This document shows positions 21,750-31,996 of a stretch of 64,000 nucleotides of DNA, piece after piece. Made by a program: the position numbers and the translations under genes. The stretch lies in sequence record PP400781; one strand, written 5' to 3'. The notes beneath the pieces are model-generated. The model saw only the letters and a program-made list of their open reading frames with translations, did not search any database and was not told the DNA's origin. This DNA is from Escherichia phage FL20. Each line of letters begins with the position of its first letter. Position 1 is the first letter of the stretch.

Positions 21750-22836
21750 TGTCTCAATAAAACTTTATCAGGATTATGAGGCATTTCTAAATCATCGCTT
21801 TATAGAATTGGGTGCTACCTTTGTTACAATGACTCTGCGTGATTCGATTCGTGGAGTGAACGAAGGATTGTTGCAATTCTATGATAATAAGGCGATGCAT
21901 ACAAAATTAAACGGGAGAGAGATCATTCAGATTTCGCTATCCACTGCTAATACAGATGAAGTGTTTAACCGAATCTATGGGATCTCTCATAGTAATGTAA
22001 CAATTGACCAAAAATCTGACAACATTTTAACATTCCAGTTAAAGAGCTATCACGAAACATTAAACCTTAAATTTTCTCGCTCATTGACAAATAACGCGGT
22101 TAATAACGTAACTAGCATGATTGATGCTATCTATAAGGAAGTTCCTTTATGGAAACCTACTATAAAGGGTGATAACGTTGTTATTCCTCGTTGTCCGTGG
22201 GTTAGTACCATAAATGACTATATGGATTTTGTGAGGGCATACGGGCAAAGCGTAGAAACCGAGTCTTTCGTGTATTGCTGGGAAGATTTTGATGGTATAA
22301 CGATCGCTGGACACGATACAATATTAAAAAATGAGCCAATACCAGCTATAATCTGTGAGCCTAGACTCATGGGGCAGTTTATTGATATGTCGCCTAATCT
22401 GATGGTTTTTAATTTCGAGTGGCAGACTAAGAGTAATGCTAAAGTTAAAAATTCATTTAGCAATGTGACATACACAACTATTGATTTTGTTACTAAGCAG
22501 TATAATAAAATTGTTGTTGGTAATGGGGATAATATTGCACACTTTGCTCATGGTGGCGCTTATGGTAATTTAACTTATAAGAATGCGTTTTTGGAAGGTT
22601 CTAAACTTGCCACAATAGAACAATATGATTCATATGCTACCGCCGTGTGTCACGGTAATTTTTCGTTGCGCCCCGGTATGGTTATTCGATTCTTTGATGA
22701 GAAGCAACAAGCACGCAATGATTTTATTGTTGACGAAGTTGTGCATGAAATTAGCCGAGAGCAATCATTAACTCACCTGTATATGATCGGTAACAGCGAA
22801 GAATTGCAGGAAGTCAAATTTGAAGGTAAGATATAA
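21727..22836 (+). CDS. 27: baseplate hub subunit gp27
   Basis: 369 aa; synteny and size. Confidence 0.8.
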   Translation: MQRTGFPNVSIKLYQDYEAFLNHRFIELGATFVTMTLRDSIRGVNEGLLQFYDNKAMHTKLNGREIIQISLSTANTDEVFNRIYGISHSNVTIDQKSDNILTFQLKSYHETLNLKFSRSLTNNAVNNVTSMIDAIYKEVPLWKPTIKGDNVVIPRCPWVSTINDYMDFVRAYGQSVETESFVYCWEDFDGITIAGHDTILKNEPIPAIICEPRLMGQFIDMSPNLMVFNFEWQTKSNAKVKNSFSNVTYTTIDFVTKQYNKIVVGNGDNIAHFAHGGAYGNLTYKNAFLEGSKLATIEQYDSYATAVCHGNFSLRPGMVIRFFDEKQQARNDFIVDEVVHEISREQSLTHLYMIGNSEELQEVKFEGKI

Positions 22837-23354
22837 TGACAGAAACTAAACCTATGTTAAAATTTGTTGTTCCTGTAAAAAAATTAGAGATAAACGGGAA
22901 ACATATCAAGATCCCAAAAATGGGGATTAAGCAACATCGATTATTAAAAGATGTTCGTAGCTGTGATGAAACATTAAAGATTCTTCTTGATTCAATCTGT
23001 CCTGGGTTAAACGCTGCCGAGTCTGAATTGGTTATGCTTAACCTTTGTGCGTTTAATGGTAAGTGTCTGGAAGAAAAAGATGGTCTTAAGCTGTCTGATG
23101 TGTATATTTGTACAGAGACTGAATTTACTTTAAATGGTAAAGTCTTTAAATTTAAAAATCCAATGTATACTTCTGACCCCATTATCGATGACGCTGATTT
23201 CTTGAGTCATCATTATCACGATCCTAGTGTAGACTTCCATGATTTCCCAGCTTTTATTATGGATTGGGCTACAGGATTAAGAAAAACTATTGCACTGGAT
23301 ACACCGGAAGGTACTATCTATGGTGGAATTAACATATTGGATCGCCTATCATGA
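22836..23354 (+). CDS. 28: baseplate hub distal subunit gp28
   Basis: 172 aa; synteny and size. Confidence 0.75.
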   Translation: MTETKPMLKFVVPVKKLEINGKHIKIPKMGIKQHRLLKDVRSCDETLKILLDSICPGLNAAESELVMLNLCAFNGKCLEEKDGLKLSDVYICTETEFTLNGKVFKFKNPMYTSDPIIDDADFLSHHYHDPSVDFHDFPAFIMDWATGLRKTIALDTPEGTIYGGINILDRLS

Positions 23355-25084
23355 ATGACGCATTAACATCATTTCGCGGGATGCGCAAGGAAGCGGAAGA
23401 AAACCCGATTGATAAACTTAACAAATTAGATAAACTTGATTCTATTGATAATTTGCAAGCCGCTACCGAATTGGTGGCGGAGACAGTAGAACAAAAATCT
23501 AATGAAGTTGTTGGTGCGGTAGAGGATAACACCGCAGCCAATGAATTGACGGCAGAGAATACCCAATCTACCGCTGGTAATACCCAAAAAACTTATGAAG
23601 AATTGCAAAAACTCAATAATTTCTCTTCTCAGATGAACGAGAAATTACGTGGTTTTGGTGTTATGATGGAACGTAGATTTGGTGTTGTCAGTAAAATGGC
23701 TAGCGGTATTGGTGCGATTGAAGAAGCACTGAAAAAACCGGAACAACCGCAAACAATGCCATCACCTCAGCCAGTTTTGCCTACTGTACCGGAACAGCCT
23801 AATAATGACAACTATCAAGGTCTTCCAAAGAAAAAACCAGATGTTGAGGAACGGAAGAAAAAGAACGCCACAGATAAGCGTAATGCCGATTCTATGGAAA
23901 ATCTTCTTAAAGTTGTTCGTGGAGGATTTAAAGAAACCATAGGTATCTCCAATAAGGTCTTAGGGATGTTATTTAAGATCACCTTGACCGCTATGGCAGA
24001 AGCCGCAAAATGGGGCGCTATTTTGATGGGTATTGTTTTTGCCATCGACACCCTTATGATTCATTTCAGATATTGGAGTGATTTATTCGAAACAAAATTC
24101 GATGAATTTATGGATAAGGCCGGAGAATGGGCTGGTCCTATTAGTGATATTTTAACTACTGTTCGTCAGGTTCGAGATTATTGGTCTAAAGGCGAATATG
24201 GAGAGTTAATTAAATCTCTTGTTATGGGTATTGGTGATGCATTCTATAAAACCTTTATCCAACTTGATCGAATTATCACTACTGGTATTGCTAAAATTCT
24301 TCGCATGATCCCCGGTATGGGTGATTATGCCGATAAGTTAGAATACGGTGCTTTAAAGTCTGCTGTCGCTAAAGGCTATAAGCCAAATGAAAGAGAACTT
24401 GAATTAATGGATAAGGTCGAGTCTGAACACGAAGAAGACAAATATGGAGAGCGCACAGGATGGACAGGAAAAGCCCGTGATATTGGCGAGGTCATAGGCG
24501 AATCTATTAAAGATAAATTTAATGAAGGTCTTGTTAGTCTGGGCTGGAGAGATCAAAAGGATGTTGACGCAGAGAAACGACAAGAAGAATTAAAACGCGG
24601 GGAATACAAGTCTGTTTCTGCTGAACAACGATCTGCTAGTCGTAAACTTAAAATTAAAAGTGAGGGAGCGATCAATAATATTAATGAAGTTATGGAGAAT
24701 TTGAGCGGTGACTATGACAAAGAAAGAATGGAAGAGTTGAAAAAGGATATTGATGTTTACCGTGAGCAAGTTCAAGATCCTACATTAGTTGAAAGTGATC
24801 GTTCTCAGTTAGAGCGTCTTATTGAAAAATTTGATGAGATGTATGCTGATAAAACTAAGGGTGTGGTTCCAACTAATCCTGTTCCTGCAACTGAAACGGA
24901 AACAGCAAAACAAGCGGAACGTACTGAACAAATGCAGAAACAAGCTGCAATCCAGCAACAAACGACAAATCAGACCTCAAACGTAAATAATACACAAATT
25001 GTAACAAACAATAGAACTATTAAACAGGGTGCACCAACAACTAGAATTGATGCTCCCGGTACAATTAATATGGGGAACTTTTAA
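23351..25084 (+). CDS. 29: baseplate hub subunit / tail length determinator gp29
   Basis: 577 aa, coiled-coil/charged central region; synteny and size. Confidence 0.85.
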   Translation: MNDALTSFRGMRKEAEENPIDKLNKLDKLDSIDNLQAATELVAETVEQKSNEVVGAVEDNTAANELTAENTQSTAGNTQKTYEELQKLNNFSSQMNEKLRGFGVMMERRFGVVSKMASGIGAIEEALKKPEQPQTMPSPQPVLPTVPEQPNNDNYQGLPKKKPDVEERKKKNATDKRNADSMENLLKVVRGGFKETIGISNKVLGMLFKITLTAMAEAAKWGAILMGIVFAIDTLMIHFRYWSDLFETKFDEFMDKAGEWAGPISDILTTVRQVRDYWSKGEYGELIKSLVMGIGDAFYKTFIQLDRIITTGIAKILRMIPGMGDYADKLEYGALKSAVAKGYKPNERELELMDKVESEHEEDKYGERTGWTGKARDIGEVIGESIKDKFNEGLVSLGWRDQKDVDAEKRQEELKRGEYKSVSAEQRSASRKLKIKSEGAINNINEVMENLSGDYDKERMEELKKDIDVYREQVQDPTLVESDRSQLERLIEKFDEMYADKTKGVVPTNPVPATETETAKQAERTEQMQKQAAIQQQTTNQTSNVNNTQIVTNNRTIKQGAPTTRIDAPGTINMGNF

Positions 25085-26142
25085 TGAAAATTAGTGTTAT
25101 CAATGATGCCGTTGATAGCTTTAAAGCGGGGGTTAAAACCTCCGCTGGTTTTACCTCAAAAAATAAAGGAAAAACATTAACCGCTCAATTCCCCGCTGAA
25201 CGTGCTAGCGGTAATGATGCTAGCGGTTATTATATCAACGACTTATATAATAATGGTCTGTTATTCACTGCATACGATTATACATCTCGTACTACTGGTT
25301 CGTTGCGTGATTTCAGGAAAAAGAAAAATGTTGCTAGCGGTTTTGGCGGTAGCGTTAATATCGCTGGTTTTGATTTAAATTTGGGTGGGAGAAATGCTGC
25401 ATTTGACCGAGAGGCAATTGCTAATATTCTTCTTCCTCGTAGTCAATCTGACGTTGACGCTGCTAGCCATAAGTTTAATGATGTTGGTGAATCTGTCATT
25501 TCTCGCGGTGGTGGTACTTTAGGCGGTGCTCTTTCTAATATGGCATCTACTGCCGTTTTTGGTGGTATCGAAAGTATTACTGGTGGATACCTTGCCGATC
25601 ACGGTGAACAGATTTATAATACTGCGCGAAGCATGTATGCTGGTGCTGACGCACGAACTAAAAACTACGTATGGCATCTAACCCCACGTAGTATTGAAGA
25701 CCTTCGCAATATTTTGATCATATACGAAACGTTTTTAGAGTTGTCTTATGGGTCTAGTGGTATTTCCAGCACCGCAAAAGAATTAAAAGCGGAAGTTGAT
25801 GCGTGGTATAAAAATACACTATTGAGAAAATCCACCCCAGAGGAAGCGAAGAGAAATGATACTCTGTTTGAAGGGATCACCGATTTTCTATCAAACGCAA
25901 TTACTGTATCTAACCCGACAATATGGATGATCTCTAACTTCGGCAAGCGTACATCGTTTGAAGGGCGTAGCGATGCATTTGGTCCCGCTCAGATCTCAAG
26001 TGTACGTCTGGACAAGTCGCCTGATGGTAAGTTTAATGGCCTTGCTATTTCTCCTAACTTGCCTAGTACATTTGTTCTGGAAGTATCATTTAGAGAGATC
26101 TTGACACTTTCCCGTGGTACTATATTTGGGAGTGTGGTATAA
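25084..26142 (+). CDS. 48: baseplate tail-tube junction protein gp48
   Basis: 352 aa; synteny and size. Confidence 0.85.
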   Translation: MKISVINDAVDSFKAGVKTSAGFTSKNKGKTLTAQFPAERASGNDASGYYINDLYNNGLLFTAYDYTSRTTGSLRDFRKKKNVASGFGGSVNIAGFDLNLGGRNAAFDREAIANILLPRSQSDVDAASHKFNDVGESVISRGGGTLGGALSNMASTAVFGGIESITGGYLADHGEQIYNTARSMYAGADARTKNYVWHLTPRSIEDLRNILIIYETFLELSYGSSGISSTAKELKAEVDAWYKNTLLRKSTPEEAKRNDTLFEGITDFLSNAITVSNPTIWMISNFGKRTSFEGRSDAFGPAQISSVRLDKSPDGKFNGLAISPNLPSTFVLEVSFREILTLSRGTIFGSVV

Positions 26143-27074
26143 TGTTTGATTTAAATGATTTTAACGAACAAGCCGCTAACCTTGACTTTCAGCGATCTAA
26201 CTTATTCAGCGTGGCATTTGCCACCACTCCAAGTAATAAGACACAAGCGATCCTAGAAAGTATGGGCGGTGCGGTATATGATATTATACCAAATGCATTA
26301 AATGACTATTTCGGGATTACTCGTGGTGATTATACTGACGCATTAACAAATCTTGCTGTACAGGGTGTTAGGCGTGCTGTTGATTCATCCGGTGTCAAAA
26401 AGTATCTTTTAGGTGCAATGTCATCCCGCGTAGTTCAATCTCTTCTGGGGCAATTTGATGTTGGTACATATGCGCTTGACTGGTTCAATATGGCATATAA
26501 GACAAGCGGTCTTCTGGTGTATGCTGTTAAGGTTCCAGAAAACAGATTGAATTATGAAATGGACCGTAACCACAATGCGCCAAACATTCGAATTACCGGA
26601 CGTGATTTTGATCCGCTTGTATTGAGCTTTAGAATGGACTCTAGCGCATCAAACTATAGAGCAATGCAGGATTGGGTTAACTCAGTAGAAGACCCCGTTA
26701 CAGGGCTTCGTGCGCTTCCTGTTGACGTTGAAGCAGATATTCAGGTTAACTTACATAACCGAATGGGAGTTCCTCACACGATCATGATGTTTAATGGTTG
26801 TGTTCCTGTTGGTGTGAGTGCACCGGAATTAACCTATGAAAATAACAACGAAATTACAACATTCGATGTTACTTTTGCGTATAGGACTATGCAAACTGGT
26901 GCTGTAGGAGAGCAAGCCGCGCGAGAATGGATTGAGGATAAGGCAATAAACGCAATAACAAACACTTTCGGCAATAATTTACTTGATAGTGGGTTATCTG
27001 CTGCTGGTAATGCTTTATCGCGTCTAAATGGCGTTGGTGGACGTGTGGTGAATACTGTCACTAACTGGTTCTGA
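26142..27074 (+). CDS. 54: baseplate tail-tube initiator gp54
   Basis: 310 aa; synteny and size. Confidence 0.85.
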   Translation: MFDLNDFNEQAANLDFQRSNLFSVAFATTPSNKTQAILESMGGAVYDIIPNALNDYFGITRGDYTDALTNLAVQGVRRAVDSSGVKKYLLGAMSSRVVQSLLGQFDVGTYALDWFNMAYKTSGLLVYAVKVPENRLNYEMDRNHNAPNIRITGRDFDPLVLSFRMDSSASNYRAMQDWVNSVEDPVTGLRALPVDVEADIQVNLHNRMGVPHTIMMFNGCVPVGVSAPELTYENNNEITTFDVTFAYRTMQTGAVGEQAAREWIEDKAINAITNTFGNNLLDSGLSAAGNALSRLNGVGGRVVNTVTNWF

Positions 27075-27082
27075 TAAACGAA

Positions 27083-27107
27083 AGGCGGGGATAATCCCCG
27101 CCTTTTT
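27083..27107. terminator. bidirectional rho-independent terminator between gene 54 and the minus-strand accessory block (approximate)
   Basis: Stem aggcgggg/ccccgcct with ATAAT loop, A-tract 5' and T-tract 3'. Confidence 0.7.
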
Positions 27108-27591
27108 ATTTTGCTAAATCATTGCAATATTTTAGTGCCTTAGTTTGAAATTCTGCGCTGTTAAGTTCTTCATAACGGTCATAATCACCGTTTAATGCTG
27201 CCTTTCTTGCTTCTTGCTCTATCTGCATGTCAGACATGATAATACAGCGATCCCGTGCTTTCATCTTCTCAAGTTGTATAGACTCTTCTTTCTGCTTGCG
27301 CAATTCTTCTTGACGCTTCTTTTCTTCTCGTGCTTTCTCTTCCCGCGCTTCTTTGATTGCATCCTTGAACATCTGCGTTTGTGGTGCTAAACCAACTTTA
27401 ACTCGATCTACGTCTCGACGTTCCATTTTAGAAATAAAGCATGATTCGATCTGATCATCACTTGCATATGCTGTTTTACATTCACGAAGCAAGAAAACCG
27501 GATCTGATTTAGCATTCATCATAGCTTCCATGTTGGCACAACCAGTAAGCATGAATGCAGCCGCAAGACCAATCAGTTTAATCATTTTCAT
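27106..27591 (-). CDS. putative lipoprotein
   Basis: N-terminal signal peptide with lipobox LTGC (MKMIKLIGLAAAFMLTGC); charged coiled-coil-like C-terminal half. Confidence 0.6.
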   Translation of the reverse strand: MKMIKLIGLAAAFMLTGCANMEAMMNAKSDPVFLLRECKTAYASDDQIESCFISKMERRDVDRVKVGLAPQTQMFKDAIKEAREEKAREEKKRQEELRKQKEESIQLEKMKARDRCIIMSDMQIEQEARKAALNGDYDRYEELNSAEFQTKALKYCNDLAK

Positions 27592-28412
27592 TTAGTCACC
27601 TCACCGAAAATTGTAAATTGTCTACGATTCTCATCGCCGAAAGATTCTACTACGTCGTTTACCTTGACGCAAGTCCCGCGCGGTAAAATTACTTCACATT
27701 CGCAAGGATTCCATGCAATTGACCCAACAACAAAACCTTTATGATCTTTTACGTCAATTACCCATGATACATTACAAGAATGTTGCATCTTTCCGGTCAT
27801 TGATTCATATCGATTCTCACAATAAAGGCTAGTGCTGTTTGATAGCCATCCTCCAAAGATGATCGGTGTCATGCTGGTAGATACAAAGTTTTTAAAGGTA
27901 AACTCCTTATATTCAATGATACGCTCTATTGTCTGAATGTCAAGATGTTGACCGCGATAAAGAGTACCGTTTAACTTTTCGGTTTTATCCATGACGCAAT
28001 CCATCAAATCGACAATCTCTGATATCTCATCGGTCATGTCTTCTTCCCCTAAGAGAGCACCATTTACCCATTCGTATTGTTCAGATACATAATCACAGAT
28101 TGCATTATATTCTGCTGGTGTTATGTTGTTATGTTTGTAATGTTTGAATACATTATCTCCAAAGTCTTCGGAGTGTACTTCATACATCACATTAATGATT
28201 TTCTTGACAAATCCATAATCTTGTGTCTCACGCTCAAGGAAGCGGATAACCTTCACATAATCATCAAAGTTAATCTGATCACTGATCATCTCAGTGATCA
28301 TGTAACCATTAATCCCCTCAATGTCATATGTTTCGATGTAATTATCCATACGTTCCATCATTGATTCGCGTGATTCTTCTGAAATACGAAAATCCTGTAA
28401 TTTCTTGAACAT
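27588..28412 (-). CDS. ADP-ribosyltransferase, Alt/Mod-family paralog (274 aa)
   Basis: R-S-ExE catalytic signature: LYRGQ ... FKNFVSTS ... CECEVILPRG, parallel to the Alt C-terminal domain encoded just upstream. Confidence 0.7.
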   Translation of the reverse strand: MFKKLQDFRISEESRESMMERMDNYIETYDIEGINGYMITEMISDQINFDDYVKVIRFLERETQDYGFVKKIINVMYEVHSEDFGDNVFKHYKHNNITPAEYNAICDYVSEQYEWVNGALLGEEDMTDEISEIVDLMDCVMDKTEKLNGTLYRGQHLDIQTIERIIEYKEFTFKNFVSTSMTPIIFGGWLSNSTSLYCENRYESMTGKMQHSCNVSWVIDVKDHKGFVVGSIAWNPCECEVILPRGTCVKVNDVVESFGDENRRQFTIFGEVTK

Positions 28413-28433
28413 TTTAAGCCTCCCATATAACAG

Positions 28434-28462
28434 AAAACGGGGCTAGTATAAAACTAGTCCCC
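28434..28462 (-). other. stem-loop between alt and the Alt-like gene (approximate)
   Basis: Imperfect inverted repeat ggggctag/ctag-t-cccc. Confidence 0.35.
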
Positions 28463-28490
28463 GTTTGAGTCAACCATTATTTCTTAAAAA

Positions 28491-30542
28491 TTACATTTTA
28501 AATTTATCTGGCATTGCGTCTACAGATACCAGATCAGCGATAAGCTGACGTAGAGTTGCCTTATCTGCTTTCTTACGTTCGGTTTTAGCTTCGGTAATAA
28601 AGCTGGAGAAAGACAGGTCAGAAGCAGGTTTAATAACACCTTCACGGATGAATGCATCACCGTCCGCGATCATCTCGCCAGATTCTTGTAATGCTGCCAG
28701 TTCATTTTTGTTCATAATATGTGCCTCAATGTAATAAGTTTCTTGTGAATCCGTCGATGCCGTAGCACGAGTTACCGTATCAAAGGATAACACAACACCG
28801 CGAGGAAGTAAAATCTCGCATTCTTTGTAAGCAAATGCTTTGTTACCTACTGGCAAGACAGGGATGTTTTCCGCGCCAGCAATGGAGAAAGCAACATTAG
28901 CGCCACCTTCACCACGAGAGCCAGCCATAGAATCAACACCAGCAACGGCACTAGCCACGTTTGCATTCCAGCCGCCAAAAATGTTAGGTGCAAGGGAAGT
29001 GCTCACATAGTTTTTAAAGTAAAACGCTTTTTGCTTACGTGCAGTTTCCCACATTTGCGACCGGAAGTCCATACCACGATACAGAATAGTACCCGGATCA
29101 AGTTTAACTCCATAGTTGGAGAAGGCATTATCCAGTGCATCACACATCTTGACCAATTCTTCTGGATCTGCGATGCCTTCAAACTCTTCCAGCTTACGGT
29201 CGGTTAGGAAGTTGTTCATATTGATGTATGCTGCATCGGCATATTCGCTCAACACAAAACCTTCCGCGCCCGGCAGATCAAGATCAATATCTGCCATCAT
29301 TTCACCCATGTTGCTAGCAATTGCTTCAAACATACCGGAAGCAACATTACGTAGGGCATCGGTTTTAATCTGGGTGATGTGACTACGCAGCATTTCAGCT
29401 TTTACATCTGCTGGCATAGACTGGTCTACTCGATCCATTGCCAGGGCGGTGATCTTGTTTTCGAATACTTCCTCGCTCATGATTTCTTTTAAGCGTTTGA
29501 TTGATGCTGCGATAACTTCCGCAGACAATGGATCATATTGATCCTGAACTTTTACCAGTTCGCTTACTGCGTATTTTGCATCGGCTTCGCTTTCAAAAAT
29601 AGTACGCATGAAACCATAGCGAGTGATAATATCACTTGTCCAGTCATTCAGAGAACGAGCGGTTGAACGTTCTAAGGCTTGACGGTCAATCAGAGTATTA
29701 AACTGTTTCTTAGGTTCTGCTTCGGTGATATCTTCTTCCGGTTTAAGATTAATTTTTTCTGGATGATTCACATAGTCGCTGTTATAGGTCGCTTGAGTTT
29801 TCAGCATTTCTTCTTTAGTCAAACGAGATTTAGCCGCTACGCGTTGTTCTGCTTCCGCGTTTCGTTCTTCTTCTGACACAAGACTAGCCGCATATGCCTC
29901 ATCTTTAGTCAGAGATTCACCAGTAGCCTTAGATACCCAGCGATCACCTAAATCACTTTCTACTTTAGTGAACAAGGATTCATCAAGTTTAATCCCTTTA
30001 ATCTTATCAATCGCCATCCCGCGACGCTTGACAACAACTAAAGCGATCTTTTTGCTGGTCATTACTTCCTGCTGGAATACTTCAAACTTCGGTGTACGAC
30101 GCACCAAACGCTCTATAACGCGCTTAACCAGTTCGGTCTTACCTTTCATGCGGGATACGTTAAAACGGAACATAACAGCGTCTAATTGCGCTTTACGGGC
30201 TGTTTCCATAACCACATCAAAAGCACTTGACATAACTGCAATCGGGTTATCGCCTAGACCATTTTTAAGCTGTACAATACGACCGCTTTTGTTCATTTCG
30301 CACAGTACAACATGTGCGGTCTTGTCACCCATACGAATGATTTTAGGTGTTTTGTTGGTGAAGTTACAAAGACGGACAATCACATCTTTATCGCGTGTCT
30401 GTACTGCAAAAAGCTGTTTAGGATTCTGCTTAGGCTTTAAGCACTGTACCGGGGCAATACTACCAAAGTTTTCTTCCTCTTCCGTCAACAGCCATTTCTC
30501 GAAAGATTCAATCATTAGATCGTCGATTTCTAAGTTAAACAT
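28491..30542 (-). CDS. alt: Alt ADP-ribosyltransferase (injected internal head protein)
   Basis: 683 aa, T4 Alt is about 682 aa; C-terminal ART motifs LYRGMDF ... FKNYVSTS ... ECEILLPRG; synteny (after gene 54). Confidence 0.85.
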   Translation of the reverse strand: MFNLEIDDLMIESFEKWLLTEEEENFGSIAPVQCLKPKQNPKQLFAVQTRDKDVIVRLCNFTNKTPKIIRMGDKTAHVVLCEMNKSGRIVQLKNGLGDNPIAVMSSAFDVVMETARKAQLDAVMFRFNVSRMKGKTELVKRVIERLVRRTPKFEVFQQEVMTSKKIALVVVKRRGMAIDKIKGIKLDESLFTKVESDLGDRWVSKATGESLTKDEAYAASLVSEEERNAEAEQRVAAKSRLTKEEMLKTQATYNSDYVNHPEKINLKPEEDITEAEPKKQFNTLIDRQALERSTARSLNDWTSDIITRYGFMRTIFESEADAKYAVSELVKVQDQYDPLSAEVIAASIKRLKEIMSEEVFENKITALAMDRVDQSMPADVKAEMLRSHITQIKTDALRNVASGMFEAIASNMGEMMADIDLDLPGAEGFVLSEYADAAYINMNNFLTDRKLEEFEGIADPEELVKMCDALDNAFSNYGVKLDPGTILYRGMDFRSQMWETARKQKAFYFKNYVSTSLAPNIFGGWNANVASAVAGVDSMAGSRGEGGANVAFSIAGAENIPVLPVGNKAFAYKECEILLPRGVVLSFDTVTRATASTDSQETYYIEAHIMNKNELAALQESGEMIADGDAFIREGVIKPASDLSFSSFITEAKTERKKADKATLRQLIADLVSVDAMPDKFKM

Positions 30543-30572
30543 TTTATATCCTCTAGTTGATAACCTATAAAC

Positions 30573-30609
30573 CTATATTTATGAAAACGGGGCTTAACGC
30601 CCCCTTTTT
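30573..30609. terminator. hairpin plus T-tract between 70-aa gene and alt (approximate)
   Basis: Stem ggggc/gcccc followed by T5. Confidence 0.5.
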
Positions 30610-30610
30610 A

Positions 30611-30823
30611 TTATAATGCACCATCGAGCAATTGCTCTAAGGTGTATCCTGAATAGTCTTTTTCAATCAGGATATATTTTCCTACTCGTTTAATACAACC
30701 GCGCATTTCAACGTATTCTGCGTAGTTGATGGTGCGAGTTGTTCCATCTTCCAGTAATGCAGTACCGATTTCGTTAATGCGGTCATAAGTTACGTCGGTA
30801 ATGATGATTTCGATGTTAGCCAT
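30611..30823 (-). CDS. hypothetical protein (70 aa), PeSL-driven
   Basis: ORF directly downstream of a PeSL cassette with GGAG RBS. Confidence 0.55.
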   Translation of the reverse strand: MANIEIIITDVTYDRINEIGTALLEDGTTRTINYAEYVEMRGCIKRVGKYILIEKDYSGYTLEQLLDGAL

Positions 30824-30894
30824 TTGATACTCCTTAGTAGTTCGTTTCGGTATGAGTGTATTATGATATACACCATCTGTTATGTCAACAACTT
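30824..30894 (-). promoter_or_regulatory. PeSL-type early promoter cassette copy 1 (-35 TTGACA, 17-bp spacer, -10 element, about 22-nt leader, GGAGNA RBS)
   Basis: Read on minus strand: TTGACA ...17 bp... CATAAT ... GGAGTATCAAATG; short palindrome overlaps the -10. Confidence 0.7.
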
Positions 30895-31074
30895 TTAGAA
30901 CATTTTTGAAATTAATTCTGCTTTGATTTCGCAGAGAACATCTAAAGATTTCTCGTCACCCGCTTTTGCTGCTTCTGCTTGCATTTTTGAAATGGCTTCA
31001 ATGTCAGTGCAATTATAAGCCGCTTGAACTTTAGCTATTGCGATGATTGCCGATTCGATGGTTAAGTGTTTCAT
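30895..31074 (-). CDS. small hypothetical protein (59 aa), PeSL-driven
   Basis: ATG at 31074 placed via the plus-strand track ORF frame; RBS GGAGAA; N-terminus MKHLTIESAI. Confidence 0.45.
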   Translation of the reverse strand: MKHLTIESAIIAIAKVQAAYNCTDIEAISKMQAEAAKAGDEKSLDVLCEIKAELISKMF

Positions 31075-31143
31075 GTTTGATTCTCCTTTCGTTTCGGTAT
31101 GTGTGCATTATAGGGGATCACCGATCCCCCTGTCAACAATTTT
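31075..31143 (-). promoter_or_regulatory. PeSL cassette copy 2 with GGGGATC-N3-GATCCCC palindrome in the promoter spacer
   Basis: Minus strand: TTGACA-aGGGGATCggtGATCCCC-TATAAT ... GGAGAA-N6-ATG. Confidence 0.75.
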
Positions 31144-31662
31144 TTAGTTATTTTTTAATTGCTCATCTTGCAATAGGGCAATCACATGCTGGCGATGTTC
31201 TTCCGATTGAGGCACACCGAAAAAGTTTGTTTTGTAGAAATACTCTAATCGGTCTTCTCGTGTGCTCTCTTCCATCATGATCGCGGGTAGTCCGAGATTT
31301 CGGAAACGTCGCTTTTCTGCTGGCGTAAAATCACTGTAATACAACATAGAATCATCATTACAAGCAATGCTAAACTCATCCTTCATAAAGGAGAATATTG
31401 CGTTTAAACGCTGTTTACCGTCCACGATTTCGATCTCATAGCGAGAGCCATCATCAATCTTAGCCATTGCGATAGCACCAACCGGAAAATCATTAATCAG
31501 GTTTTCGATAAACATACGTTTGTTTTCGGTGTCCCATACTAAAGGACGCTGATAATCTGGGTTCATGTTGATATAGCCATCTTCTAACCATGCATCATAA
31601 ACAGAGATGACAAAGTTTTTAGTATTGGTATAGTAACGGCGTTTAGGCGTTAAACGGTTCAT
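31144..31662 (-). CDS. DUF262 / ParB-like (GmrSD N-terminal domain-like) protein
   Basis: Track ORF 31144-31698; Met13 start (RBS AGGAG) gives 172 aa; motifs YQRPLVW...LI..FPVG and the DGQQR-type box IVDGKQRL. Confidence 0.7.
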   Translation of the reverse strand: MNRLTPKRRYYTNTKNFVISVYDAWLEDGYINMNPDYQRPLVWDTENKRMFIENLINDFPVGAIAMAKIDDGSRYEIEIVDGKQRLNAIFSFMKDEFSIACNDDSMLYYSDFTPAEKRRFRNLGLPAIMMEESTREDRLEYFYKTNFFGVPQSEEHRQHVIALLQDEQLKNN

Positions 31663-31663
31663 G

Positions 31664-31996
31664 TTATAGTCTCCTGAATGGATCATCACGTAAATCAATA
31701 TCTTTTAAGAACTCATCCCATGAATGCCGGATATTGTTCTTAATTCTCCAGATAAGCGCAGGGATTGAACGCTCTCCCATCTGGAAGTATGGATCATATG
31801 ATCCGTATGCCCAATATGCTACTACAATTCCACAATCAGCGCAATAGTATTCTATTTCACTTGCTGGCGACCAAAGTCCATCAATATGATCGGTGATCTT
31901 GCTTTCGATGTTATGGCTATGACAATCAGGGCAACGGATGCAATGACCTTGTTTATCGTAATTTGACGTTAGCGAATACTTAAACAATCTCATCAT
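31664..31996 (-). CDS. zinc-ribbon protein (two CxxC pairs)
   Basis: 110 aa; CIRCPDC ... CADCG; translationally coupled within the operon. Confidence 0.6.
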   Translation of the reverse strand: MMRLFKYSLTSNYDKQGHCIRCPDCHSHNIESKITDHIDGLWSPASEIEYYCADCGIVVAYWAYGSYDPYFQMGERSIPALIWRIKNNIRHSWDEFLKDIDLRDDPFRRL

